Assembly: GCA_002633005.1 (NCBI GenBank) | Contig: NMRA01000376.1 | Span: 4,410-68,409, forward strand | From: Phoronis australis | Taxonomy: Eukaryota > Animalia > Phoronida | DNA length: 64,000 bases | Direction: 5' to 3' | Part shown: positions 48,463 to 61,700 of the stretch, piece by piece | Position numbering within the stretch: position 1 is the first letter of the stretch | Layout of the letters: each line of letters starts with the position of its first letter | Position numbers and translations under genes: made by a program | The notes under the pieces: generated by a model | Seen by the model: the letters and a program-made list of their open reading frames with translations, nothing else | What the model was told of the DNA's origin: nothing | The model's database searches: none

Positions 48463-50257
48463 AATTCGTACTGCACCCCCAGGCAAATACCGATGGGTGT
48501 CCGACGATGCTCGATCAGCAATCCTGTTCAATCCTCGCTGGCGTGTAGGGCAAGGTAATCATCCTATCAGCCGCAGTAGGAAAACTCTTAATGTGAAATG
48601 TTCACCATAATCGTTGATCAACAGCTAAAATATTTCACATTTGATGGCCAAACACGATAGGTTTCACTGGCCGCGGACACACGCTTTATCCCACACTCAA
48701 TGCCATTAGTCGCAACACTGCGCGCATTGGGTGTTTACATTATTCATGAATGAGCGAAGCCTCCATCTCAAGCTAAGGGAACAACAACACTCGAGGACCA
48801 TGGGATTGATTTGACGAGCAGCGGAGTTGGGACAGGGTGTGCGCGCCAGTGGGGTCGTATAAGAGATGTCGTGAGTTGATCGTACACAAAGAAACAACAA
48901 GCATTCATGGTACAGGTTGGTGGTTAGTGCAGTCGGTACCTCCCCCGCTGATTCCCGGATTCCTTAGAACTTTCAAGTGATATGTGTATAACTGTATTCA
49001 ATAACTAGGCCTGCGGCCCTTGTTACAATCAAATCACCAACAATTAAATGTCAAACACTAACAGTAATGCGAGCTCTTCTTCGCTTGATTGCGAAATGAA
49101 CACATTTACATGTTGACCATATAAGATCTTTTCCTCCATATATACACATACATATTTATATATACGAACCCTGACAAAAAATCACAAATATCTGTGAATA
49201 AACATTAGTCTTTTTCACGCCTTTGATCCGTTGCATTTACGATTAACGTTACCAACTCCGCAACGCAACGATTTATTTGGTGACTACTGGATAAAAAACT
49301 TCCATTGCCAGTCATCTCCTGGTCTTCCGCCAATGTCATGATCGTATCTCAAACGTAGACCTGGTTTTTCAAATAGTTGTTCTTCAAAACTTTATACGAA
49401 TTCAGTTAATTCTCCATTTTTGCCTAATTTACTCCAAGACTTAAATTAAGATTTTTGATACAAATATTGATGTTCAACTCAACTGTTGTATACTGAGACT
49501 AAAATAAAATTGATAACTTGATTTTCAAAAGTGTAACAATGCGATGCGTTTTCAGATTTTATATTGCATTTAACATATTTGTCAAAAGAAATGTAATTAT
49601 TTACTGCTTTTGTTTTTGCTACGAAGAATGCATTTTCCAAAACTATGTATTCATGCCAGTATTTACTTGAAAATGTGGTCTCGTAACCTCCTCAGTAACT
49701 TCAAACTAACTTCTGAATGTTTTTCTAATCTAACAGAAAAATAACTACATGTACTCTAGCTTGTGTGTGTATAGTTGGCTCCTATACACAGCTTCACAAT
49801 TCAAGCAGTTGCTAGGAATTGCTGGTGGGGTAGTTAAGTTGTCTTAGGGAAACCGATAGGGCATCAAGCGCAAATGATTTTCTTCCACGTAACATTAACA
49901 CGGAAGCTTGTAAAGCAGAAAGAATCCGTTACAAATCGAACGACCCAGTACTAATGTCAACCACTAGTAACCGACTCGGCTGTTGTCCGCATCGGTCATA
50001 GCAGAAGACCACGTGACAAATTATGAAATTTAAAAAACATGGCTGTTCCCATGTCACTGTTCTGTCTTTTCTGTGCGTTTGTAAATTGTGTGTGCATGTG
50101 CTCCTATATGACCCGTTACAAAAAAGCCCGTATTAACACTAAAATATCTCGATTCATTTGATGACGACGACGAATTCAGCCAATTTTGTTCTACATGCTT
50201 CGCGTCAAACTCCTCTGGTATCAAATTCACAGACAAGATTTCAGGAATAGTTATTTT

Positions 50258-50394
50258 CATGGGCGGCGCACCTTAGGGGGCTGGAGGGGGCTATAGCCCT
50301 CCCTTTTTTCAGTGCAGTGCGCCACCCATGGTCTATGGGCGATGCACCACGAGGGGCTGGGAGGCTATAGCCCTCACTTTTTTCAGTGCCCATG
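50258..50394. mobile_element. Copy of the 3837-3982 CATGGGCGGC element
   Basis: catgggcggcgcacc...gccacccatg gtctatgggcgatgcacc...gcccatg. Confidence 0.75.
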
Positions 50395-50710
50395 ATTTTT
50401 CGCACAAGTTTGTCACCTGAGTAACACCGTCACTTGTATCACACTCACGTACAGTGCCATTTTAAAAATATCGGTGAATGGAATTTCACATTTTACCTCT
50501 TCACCAGGCTGATTGAGTTAACTGTATTGGTCGCTTGAGAGACTACTTTAAACGCCGCAACCCTGTTCAGTCTTTGGCCAAGGGTTTGGCTTCACACGTG
50601 CTCTTAATACCGAACGCGGGTAGATGATGAGTCCTCAAAACTGCTAATTTTTACATTCGCACTCTGACAAACAAAATCTAAGCAAGTAAACAACGAGTAA
50701 CTTGTTATTA

Positions 50711-51178
50711 AAGTTATTTAGGACCCTATAAAATGTACAAGTTTAACTAACTCGGGAACATATGTCTGATTGGATTCATAATGAAACTTTCAGATAAGTT
50801 TATGCACTGTTCTCCAAATGGCTGTTGGGAATTGTTCTTAAAATGTTCCACTTTTGCACGAGAGGCTATCAAAAAGAGGACTTTGGCAAATTTTATGAAA
50901 ATGAGTATTTCGAAAACTGTAAGAGCGTTTTGAGATTTCTTCTCGAAAAACGTTTAAATCAAACAATATTTGGTCGACATGCTATTGGTGTGAACGTATC
51001 TCTTTTGTTTGTTAAATTGTACTAGCAAGGCATGCTCACGTAGCCAAATTAATGGCAGGTTAAAAAAAATTAAATACTACCAGCTTTTTTCTTTCAAAAA
51101 ACATACATTTTTACGTAGTTACGATATACAGTTTGTGGGTATTTAGCTAAATATGGTGGGCAAGGTCCTACATAACCT
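50711..51178. mobile_element. MITE, copy of 25075-25528, flanked by TA on both sides
   Basis: TA|aagttatttaggacc...ggtcctacataacct|TA. Confidence 0.75.
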
Positions 51179-51507
51179 TATTGGGATTAATTGACGCAAC
51201 GCTACTACAGCATTGTGGTGCAAAATTGATGTTTACTGCTTAGTGGACGCGTTTTGGTATTTTTGCTCCCGGGTGTCAAAAAACCTTCGCTCCACCACTC
51301 TATTCGGGCGCGCTCATTTTCCGCGGTTTTATATAAAATAATTATTTGGTCTCACTGCAAATAAACTTTGATGAGTTGTGCACATGTTTTAGTTAACTCA
51401 GCTCAAGGCTCGGAGTCAATCCTCTATACTCGAAACTCGACTCGAAAATTGACCAAAAACTGCACGCTTTGAGAAAATTTGTACTAGAAACACGCAGCGT
51501 GATTTAA

Positions 51508-51938
51508 AAGGGAACTGTAATTTATTCTGAATAAATTCTGGATAGTTTTCTATGAATTGTTGATTAATTTCACAAATAATTCAACACCAAAAATTAAACT
51601 TATACTCTCTAACGAAGCTAAAAAAATTACCGGCTTGGAGCGCTACTTAGTCTCGTGACGTATTTGGCGGGGGCAAAGTCACTGTCCTGTGTTAGCGTGC
51701 AATCAAGTAGCGTTTTTCATATTGTCGGAATAGGAAATTTTAGTGTGAAATGTCGGGTCACCAGGGATACCTGTTTGAGCCGAGGCAACACAAAGTGATA
51801 CCCAGTCATCGTCATCGTCAGACGAAAATNCCATGAATTCGAATTGGCTTTAGTTTGGCACGCAAGTCAGGCAAATGTGAGTTTTATTTGTATGTTAGAA
51901 CCGATTAACTGCAACATTATTTTGACTACAGTCCCCTT
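51508..51938. mobile_element. TTAA-flanked MITE (Kolobok-like termini)
   Basis: TTAA|aagggaactgta...tacagtcccctt|TTAA, 11/12 TIR match; spans an N at 51830 so the length is uncertain. Confidence 0.65.
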
Positions 51939-51942
51939 TTAA

Positions 51943-52242
51943 GGGACACTGTCGGTTTACAGCCGAAAAAGATGGATGGGAATTTTGACCAGAACTACAA
52001 AACAAAAAACGGTGTTTTTGTGTTTTAAGTACAAATCGTCAATTCTCGACGCTGTCTGCCAGATATTTGCTGGAATTAAGTCCCGTAACTTTATAATTAC
52101 TACTTAGGTACGCTTAAATTACTGCGATTGGGGTTTACTTCCGTCCGCCAACAGAGCGTTGGAGTGCGGCCGCTCATGTCGCTGGTTCCATTCCGCGTCG
52201 TGGCTGATTCCAGAAATCCACTATTCTCGCCGATAATGCCCC
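51943..52242. mobile_element. Second TTAA-flanked MITE abutting the first
   Basis: TTAA|gggacactgtcgg...ccgataatgcccc|TTAA. Confidence 0.55.
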
Positions 52243-52546
52243 TTAAATTTCACGTTTAGTGTCCGTACATTACACTCTGGGCCCTGGCAGGCAGGTGCTC
52301 ACATAATCACTCACGGAATACGAACATGCACAAAATCTGTGATCTTGTGAAAAAGCCGCGACCAACGCTATTGGCCACCTGGTGTGAGTCACGGGTTTAA
52401 TTCCGGCAAGTAAGTCGTCTGCTCACTAACCCGAAAGTAGCGCCTCTACTGGGAATTCCATATGAAAATATCCGAGTTGCGAACCTGTCTATAGTTTATG
52501 ACTTCAAGCAGCAGTAGTACCTTAGCCACAGCAACAGAGCAATGTT

Positions 52547-52752
52547 TCAACAATTTCTATAACTAAGAGAATTCATAGCAAATCCAACTGCTTTAATACC
52601 AGCCAGAATTTCTTCCCCACTTGGTTTAATGTCCTCTCTTTTCACTATAAACCCACCCGGCGTATCAAGGGATGGGTAAAGTTCCAACGTATACGAGTAT
52701 TTTATTCCAGCTTGTGCCTTTGCCCAGTCGTATGAAACACCAGATGCCATAT
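52547..52752 (-). CDS. Carboxypeptidase last exon (E270, stop)
   Basis: [26 protein letters not shown]...GGFIV...IKPSGEE. Confidence 0.93.
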
Positions 52753-55700
52753 CTGTCAAGAAAAAAATGTGTCAGCAGAAATTAACTTGATGAAAGTCCG
52801 AAGTTTGCCGAAAAAGGCAAACTTTTTACGTGGCCCGTTTACAGTTATAAAACTGATTTTCACCTTCGTCCTCAAAAGCGATTTCTCGGCTTGGGAAGAT
52901 CTGATATTTGATATTGCTCGAGGCAATACTCGGCGCACAAGGTAATCAATCTCGAAAAGCCAAATTATTGAACCTTTTGAACCAGTGATCTGTCAGTTCT
53001 GCCAAGCCTAGAAATCGCTCCTGATCTGAGTAAAGACCAACTTGACAAACGTATAAAAGTGAGTGGACTAAATCAAATGTTAGTTTTTGACAGAAGTGTG
53101 GGACGGGAGAATTTTTTTTTTGGCAAAGCCCACTCTTTGATATGTGCCCATTTAGCAAGAGGTCAGATGATTCAATAATTTCTCAAGACTTATATTTTAT
53201 TTGAATTAAAGTAAGCCTAATACGTTTTTCAGTAGACACGAATAAATCACACCAGGGCTTTCTAATAGTGAGCCCCAGGGTGTATATTCAGAAAAGAAAA
53301 AATACCTTTTTAATCTTATAACTCGGATGCAAATGCAGGCCTCCTTTCCAAACTGATGCCTACATGTAGTTGACGAGAAAATGAGTCGTCCTAAGTGTTT
53401 CCTTTGCAGCAAGTATATTCCCAAAACGACATAACGATTAAAAGCAGGCACTTGAGTCAAATGACTGTAAACTTTAATAAAGTATTGTTTCTGACCGGCA
53501 CTTGTTAAAACAGTAAATTTTGTAAAATTCCGAAACTTTTGATATACTATAGTGGGCGTATATTTGGGAAGAGTAGTTTGCTGAAATTCTTGGAAAACCA
53601 CGCAGGTGAATGACACCAAGATATTTGTCTTGTGAATGTTACTTGAGCTCCGAAAATTATCTTTTACTTGTTTACGAAATAATAAGCGTAATCTTACACA
53701 ACACTTTCGCCGGTGAGCCTACAGTGAAGACACGACCGTTGACCGACAGCAAGGCCATTTTGCCGATCTGAGCAACTCTGAGCTGAAACAAGAAATCACA
53801 AGAGTAAAACAGCGTTGCAGTGTTACATATCAGTACATGATTGAACACGGCAGCGCTCCATTAGGCCATTTTATATAACTCAGGTGACAACACGCAAGTA
53901 TTCGCGAGGTATTACCGTGTACTGTATTACAAGAGAATCGTGACTTGTCGAACCAGCTTACCGAAGCCAAGGTGGCACTGTACAGTTAGACTGTAGCAGC
54001 GCGCAATTTGCAGAGCCAACAAATTTTCATTTTAAAATATTTGGGGTAAGTCAGGTTTGATAGCAGTTTTGAGGTACTGTAGGCATTATAGACTAGTAGG
54101 TTCAGTGAACTTGGATTGCTTGTGTTTGTGAACATATTGAGAATGAGAAAAGTGCTCTAGTTCTGCTACAAGATGGCTGCCCACTAAAGCATCGTAGCTA
54201 CGAGAAATCTGTTGCGATTTTAGGTATCCCTCAAACAGCCCAGAAATGCAAAAAAGTGTTGGATGACAGTGTTCTGGGGCCACATTTTTGGAAACTGCAG
54301 GAAATTTTCTTACAGAATTTAGTGTTGGCTTATATCTAGAATTGACACGGAATTGGTGGTTTGGGGCTGAAAACTGTCAGTATTGCGTTTTTGCCACCTT
54401 TGTCGGAGCCTCCCTTTCTATTTCGTTGGAAGTGAAAGGGAACAAAACGAGGTAGAAGAAAGCTTATGAGGGCTTGTTGTGAAAGGAACATCTGGCTCGT
54501 TTGTTAACTGCCCAGCACAGTCTTTTGTCCTGTATGACAACAAGCAGGCCAATTATCTCCCAGGTTTCAAAGGGTTACTGAAACCTGGCAAAATGGATTG
54601 TCTTAACTTATGTTGTAGACGGGCGATTTTGGTGATTCAAAAACTAAACATGATCAGCATTTGACAAGGAATGCAGAAATGCTATTGGTTTATGTTCAAA
54701 TATGTTATAACTTAACTTTCATTTTTAGCAGCACAGCCCAGTCACGCTAGATACGATCTGATCGGAGATTAGAGCAATTATCGAACAAAAGAGAGCCGGC
54801 CCTCCAACTATAAATGCCATGGAGTTAATCAGTCGTGTAAGACATTGGCTACAGGGGTGATCTTCCCAACTTGTTGTTGGTCAATGGAATCGAACAAGTT
54901 GGGAGCAAAGGAAAACGCCGTAATGTCACATGTTTTCATTTTGTTCAGAGTGGAAGAAAGGCAGCAATTAAGTGAGTGACGTGTGCACTGCTCAGCAAAA
55001 CCCAGTGAGAACTGTATACTGACTCCCAACGTCTTCTTTCAAGAACGGTGCATTGTAGTAGTTCATACGAATGCATAGAAATCCTCAAGATACAACGCAC
55101 GCGCGGTGAATCCGGAAGTTGCTCACAGAACGTGGGGGTTTACATAGCAACTTAAATAGATGTTGAAGACGACTTAACCATACAGTTGTTAGAAACAAAA
55201 GAATGCTCTGTAACCCTCGACAACTCTCAAAAGTTTGGAGCAAAATTCGTTAACGCCTTACAAAGTCTGCTAAACGGACAAGCGTGACTTATACGTTTTA
55301 GGAGACTTACACAAGTGTAGGGCAGACCACCCACCGTGAAAGATAATATCCTATTTTTGATTCATAGATTGTGAATTTTGACTCGAATTTTGCATTACCA
55401 GGTTGCAGCACGAGTCCTTGGTTGAAACAAATACGTTAACAAGACAGATCTAATTGGCCTCTGACATTATTGTTATGGACCGTGGCGACACCTAGCGGAT
55501 GTATGTGCGACAACCATGGCTGATTTTAGTTTGTCAAATTCAAAGTGTTACGGGTTTTTGTTTGAAATATTGAGAGCAAAAAATATGTGCAGTGTATTGG
55601 AAAATGCATATTTTTAGGGGACATTTAGGGTAAATAAAGAGAAAATTTGGACAGCAAAGGTAATATAAATTACGAGATATACATCATACGCAAGAGGGTG

Positions 55701-58700
55701 ACTCAGTATAATAAGAGGGTGACCAAGTGAAAGTAGGTGATTGGCGGGTGGGCAGGTACAGAGCCTGTATGGTGCGGATGGGCAGGTACAGAGCCTGTAT
55801 GGTTTTGTCTAGGGGGGTCAGGGAAGTAATAAACATAAGATAGATCTTCTGAAGAAGAGGTAGGAGCAAAAACGGGGAGCGTGCGCCCCCCCCCCCAACC
55901 AAAAGATTGGGGGCGGGAGATAGCTTTTTGCGCCCCAATATTCCAGGTGTTAATATCACTTAATTAACAATTCATTATTTAAACTTTGTTTTAAAATAAA
56001 GTTGGAAAATTAACAGACTCTCCACCCCAAACGGCCATCAAATGTTTCCTACGCCAAAAGTGACTAGTTCTTACGCCATCCAAACACGTGTCCAGATCTT
56101 TGTTTCGAAATTTCAGAGCTTACGACATTCTACATTCAAGCAAGGGGGGTCTGTGGCCAGTTACATAAAACGGTCCCAAATAGCGACTCAACAAGGGCAG
56201 ATCTAGGATTTTTTTAAAAGGGGGGTAGGATCCAAGATTTTTAAACAGGGTGGTCCGAGTTAACAATTTGAAAATTCTAGATTTGATATCACTAAAATCA
56301 ATGGAAATGTGGGAGTCCGGACCCCTTTCATCCCCCCCCGATCCGCCTGTGCGGAGTCCCTAAATCTTTTGCGTATTTGTTTCGTTCTTTATTCACAGCT
56401 GTTATACTTTTCTATCATGTTATCTTTATTATGAGCTCCTCTTTTGACTTATGACGTTTTCTAATACTATAATTAAAAACTGACCCCCTAGTTCAGTCAA
56501 AATATTTAGGGAATGTTTCATGAAAAGAACCCTACTTATTTTCCATAATATTGAGAATGCAACGTACAAAACTCACAAATACGCAGTAGATTTAGGGAAC
56601 ATATTAGTGTCACTATTTGGGACTGTTTCATGCAACCGGTTACTTGACCCTCAGTATCCGTGCCTGGTGGGATCTGAATTGGGTAGCGAATTGGGGTGGG
56701 TTGTGGTGAATGAAACTGGGGGCAACAGGGGTAGGGGGTTGAAAACCAGCAAGAGGTGGAATTCCTGCCTGCAGTCCAGTAAACCTGCCTAGTGTGCCCC
56801 CATAAAACAGCCAAGATGCCAATCTAATACACAGCCCATTTAGGGTATTTTTACGATGCTTTCCAGCTCTTGTAAACCATTCGCATTTTATCAAATCAAC
56901 TATTAGTTGATTACTTAAAGGCATATTCAGCCTACATCGGAAGGTAAAAATGGCCAACTTTAAAGTGAATAACTTAAGGACGCCTTATTTCCTGACTTGA
57001 TGATTTAAGACGGGTGTCAAAAGAACAATCTGAACCTGCGACATCGTCACTGAGTGTAACGGGGTGTCCAAGGTTAATACACATGCTACCAAAGTACCCA
57101 CCGATTTAAGGCTCAATGTGCCTTTAAAAGAACACTTCCTTCAACACTTCCTATAATAAATTATCAAGCAGGTTAAAAAAACATAAATTAATATTTACTA
57201 TGCACTGGCACCCACTCCGTGATATAAAATAAATGTGCACCTCGAACTGCAGTCAAAATTGCACAAAAAGTGATCCATCTCCGCCATCTATTTGTTTCAT
57301 GTTTCGTTAAACACTGTTAAGCCATTTTGACAATAATTTTGGACAAGCACTATTTTGTTAAAAACAGAATAGCACTGCACTTAAATTCGTCCAAAAATAA
57401 AGTGGTGCTGATGTCTCCCTCCGGTCTCTGGTAGAAATCAACAAAACAGGGTTTAGCATTCTTTTAAAGCAGTTATGTGCATATTCTTAGAGACTTTGCA
57501 CTTTTTTTCAAATGAGGTTTAATTTTTTTTCAAAAAATAGTTGTGTATAGTGTAAACAAATTTCTGACTTAAGTCATACGTCACTTTTATGAAACAGACC
57601 CCTACTGCAGATGTATATATTCTGGCACACGCGGTTGATTATAGCCTAGAGCCTTATGCTTTTTACCAGTGTACTTCAATCTGAATAACGGCGTTCTATC
57701 ATCGACTTCTCGACTAACGCTCTCAAAATGGCGTTTCATTCTAGCTTCCACTCGCGAGAATCTTGCGTTACGGTACGAGTCCCATTTTTTAGCGTTCATA
57801 AGTGTGAATATTGCAAACAAAATGTTGAATTATGTAAGAAAATACACTTTTTCATTCCATATTGTAACTTTCTCTCTAATATCTTGCGTTAATGACTCCG
57901 GGTCCCAGGTTCTCGCAGGATTCATGGATAAACGTATACATCTAGGCTAAACCAGTTATAGTAGGCCTACTGTCAATTCAGAAAAAGTGACGCAATGATT
58001 TATACGGCATGCTGGTACGCATGCATTTCAGACGTCGGTAAATTTAGTGGCTTTGAGAGGTGACATGACCAAAAGAAAAAAAAAACGGCGCCAAGACAAA
58101 ATGGCCCCAGCCGGCTATTTTAGGGCTTGTGGAACTATTTCGTTAATATCTGTCATTTGCAAATCACAGTCGAGCGCTCTTCTTCAAGATCCGCCAGTGT
58201 CACAAACGGAAAGAATACTTACCAATTCTTCGTTATCATCGGGTTTCTCTGTAGTATGTGCCCATGGTAACAGCCACATTTGAGCATGTGAATGGAGCGA
58301 CAGATAAAGAACGAAACTATTTTTGCTATTTTTGAGAAACTGCGCTATGTTTTTACTGCATTTTTCCGAAAATGGATGAGGTCCGGGATATGTATTGGAA
58401 CAAGGGCTATGGTTTTCTTCTGATCCTGAAACAGAGAATGAAGTTTTAAATTTAGAACAACAATAACAGTAAAGCAAAAGAACATACTGATTGTGATGAT
58501 TTATGAAGCTTGTTATAAATTTCGTTTTGTAAATAATTAGTACTTACGACCATGATCATTGTCAAAGTTCCTGTTAGGATCTGCACCCATACAACCACCG
58601 TAATTAGTGCGCGTTTTTCTCCATAAACGGTCCTGCAAATAGGAGGCATTCGTACAAGTTCTTTCTGATTCTTCTGATGAGTGCACAACAAATAGTTTCC

Positions 58701-61700
58701 TCAAAGGGGCATTGTTGGTTTAACAGCCGACAAACGTATTTTGCGGCTACTGTTGGATGGTTTAGACTTTTTGAGGTTATTAGGTTTGACTAGAGCTATG
58801 AAACAACAAAATGCGTTGCGTTCATGTGATTTTGTTACAAATCGCCAATTCCCTTCGTTTTGTCCAGACATTGTTCGCTGAAATCAAGGCCGGGGACTGC
58901 ATCCGTGAAATACGCTTAAACGACGCGAGGGTTTCAGGTTCCATTCCGTGCAGGGGTTGACTTTAGAAAATCGCAGTTCTTGTCGATAATGTCCCTCTAG
59001 GACTCGTAGGAAAAGTGGACCCGCTTATAAAGATAAAGCACGTGCGAAATATGTTAAGGAAAAATGCGTTATTTTGGAAATACATGAACATTCGTTTATA
59101 TGCAACGGTGCGTTGCNACTTTTTGAGGTTATTAGGTTTGACTAGAGCTATGAAACAACAAAATACGTTGCGTTCATGTGATTTTGTTATAAATCGCCAA
59201 TTCCCTTCGTTTTGTCCAGACATTGTTCGCTGAAATCAAGGCCGGGGACTGCATCCGTGAAATACGCTTAAACGACGCGAGGGTTTCAGGTTCCATTCCG
59301 TGCAGGGGTTGATTTTAGAAAATCGCAGTTCTTGTCGATAATGTCCCTCTAGGACTCGTAGGAAAAGTGGACCCGCTTATAAAGATAAAGCACGTGCGAA
59401 ATATGTTAAGGAAAAATGCGTTATTTTGGAAATACATGAACATTCGTTTATATGCAACGGTGCGTTGCAGTCAGGTCTAAAAAGTGGTACATTGAGTTTT
59501 CTTTAAAAATGTCAGTTGATAATGCAACGATGTACTGTAAGTGAAATTTAGTACCAAAAAAACCTTCAGTTCGGAATGCCATGTGCTTGTAGACACCTTT
59601 ACAATGAATGGCTAAGTGTTTCTAAAAAGTCCCTTTTAAGTTTCCGTGTTAATTGCGATTGACTGACACTTTGAATATCAGTGCCCGAATATGTACTCAC
59701 TGTGAATGTGAATTCATAGCCGTCTGGGTTGGCGACAGGAAGCATGAAAAAATTAAAGTTATCCAGCAGTTTTGTTGTCTCATCATCTTCACCGTAGCCC
59801 TCTAGTAACTGAAAGCATATTGAGCAAAATGAGGTTAAAAGCCATGGTCTCGCACAAATCATATTTTGGAAAAAAGATTTAAGAGAAGCTGTAACGAAAT
59901 TTTCTAAAATGTAACCGAAATCCCCTGTCTGAAGCATCGATCACGTACTAAATTTCAAAACTAATGTCACATACACGAAATGAGTTGAGCACAGCTCTTG
60001 AGTGACAGGGCAGAGATGTTTGGGGTAAGTAGTGCCACGAAAAGCTCCGTGAGAAATCGCGATGCCTTACAAGCACAGTGAGCTTTCACTCGCGACTATC
60101 GTTCGTTACATTCCCGGCCCCTGACCTCTGTGAATTCGTAATTTATAACGACAGCCCGAAGTACAGACATGACGAAACCAGAACATAATTGTCTTTGAGT
60201 GACGAAGCGCAAATCGAGTGAATATTCATAGCTACTTTACTCACTTTGTCAATCACATAAATCAGCGTTGCCACGGTAATCCACTCTCTGGCATGCATAC
60301 CGGCATCAATCCATATCGAAGTTTTGTTTCGTTGGATTTGAGATCCTATCTGAAATCATGTTAGTTGTTTGGAGATGACGCAGACACGTCGGAATGTCCA
60401 ATTTCTCATCAAATTATCAATGTCGCGCTTAATTACTGTTTTGATGGGCTAACTTTTCACAAGACGGCTTCAACATAGTTATACTATTATTGTGGAGGAT
60501 GTTTCCACAGGTTTGTCATAAGTTAGTCACGAAATGATGCTCTTTCAACACGCTATCAATATTTTCAAAATATAGAGAACTTGATTTCTTATGCGTACAC
60601 ATACACACAAATAAGAGCTGTGAAATTTTCTTGTAATAATTACTTCTCTTAACATACAAAAAAAATCCTGTCTTCAAAATCCCATTGAAAGTTTTCAAAA
60701 ATAATGACATTTCCGAGACAAATGACTAGAAATAAAATAGTCACAGTGGATACACTTGATTGTCTTCGCCGGTTTCGCCGGGTCAACCGGCTATAGCATC
60801 TGGTTGATGTCTTCCGTCTTTTAAGCCAATCAAATGTCTTCTCGGGTTGACACGGTGGAACCGGCGAAGTTAATGAACAAAGGTTTCCTTCTCCTTTAAT
60901 CATTGGGCAAAACTGGGAACTTGAATGTTACCTTAATAACCTTTTGTGTTCTGTCTTCAAATGTTGTACCGATGTCAATGGTAGTCGCCAGATGGGGGTA
61001 CCTGTTGGTTAACTGTTCTAACCACAAGTTAATCTGGAATTTAAGCGACAATCAACATGTTTATCAACACTTTCGTTTAAGTGCAGATAGCTTCAACACA
61101 CGCACGTGCGTAGGCCTATTACAGAATTCCAATGTTCGGAAAAAACTTTCGAAAAGGAACTACGTATGTTATTAGGTAGTTCAAAATTAGCTTTAAGATT
61201 TGTGATCATAATCGAAAAGCACACGTAGAAGCTCGTATGGTTCAGCTGCTAAATATTTCTCAGCAGAGAACTTTTCATTATAGATAAGGTCTAATCATTG
61301 AGAACTGATTGTCGTATGTAGGCCTACTTGCGAATGTCTTGGAAAATTTCCCACGACTACGTCATCCGGTGCCTCTCGTCGGTGCGTCCGGTGATCGTGC
61401 AGTTCGCCATCAAGTAAACTGGAATGGCATATTCATTGTAGTCACTGTGCTGTTCTTAAAAACGTAAAGATTTTAGGTCTGCCAATTGCCAGCCCTACGG
61501 AAGCAAAGGTTTTAGAGATGAGTCACATATACTTTGAATACTTTATAAAATAACTCATACATGTTTACTGAGCCAAGAGTCGTTTTTAGTGGCGTAGCCA
61601 CTGTACAAAGCGGACCGCCCTGACAGGGTACGAGGGCTGCGGCGTGACGACTTCGGAGGTCGGCGGTACAAACTTGGTGATGAACGAGGGGACGTAAAGC

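Noticed and set aside
54829-55085. Possible L2 LINE remnant (RMNYYNA...ITP)
   Set aside because: Only scattered residues resemble the RLDYCN/HITP consensus, in different frames.
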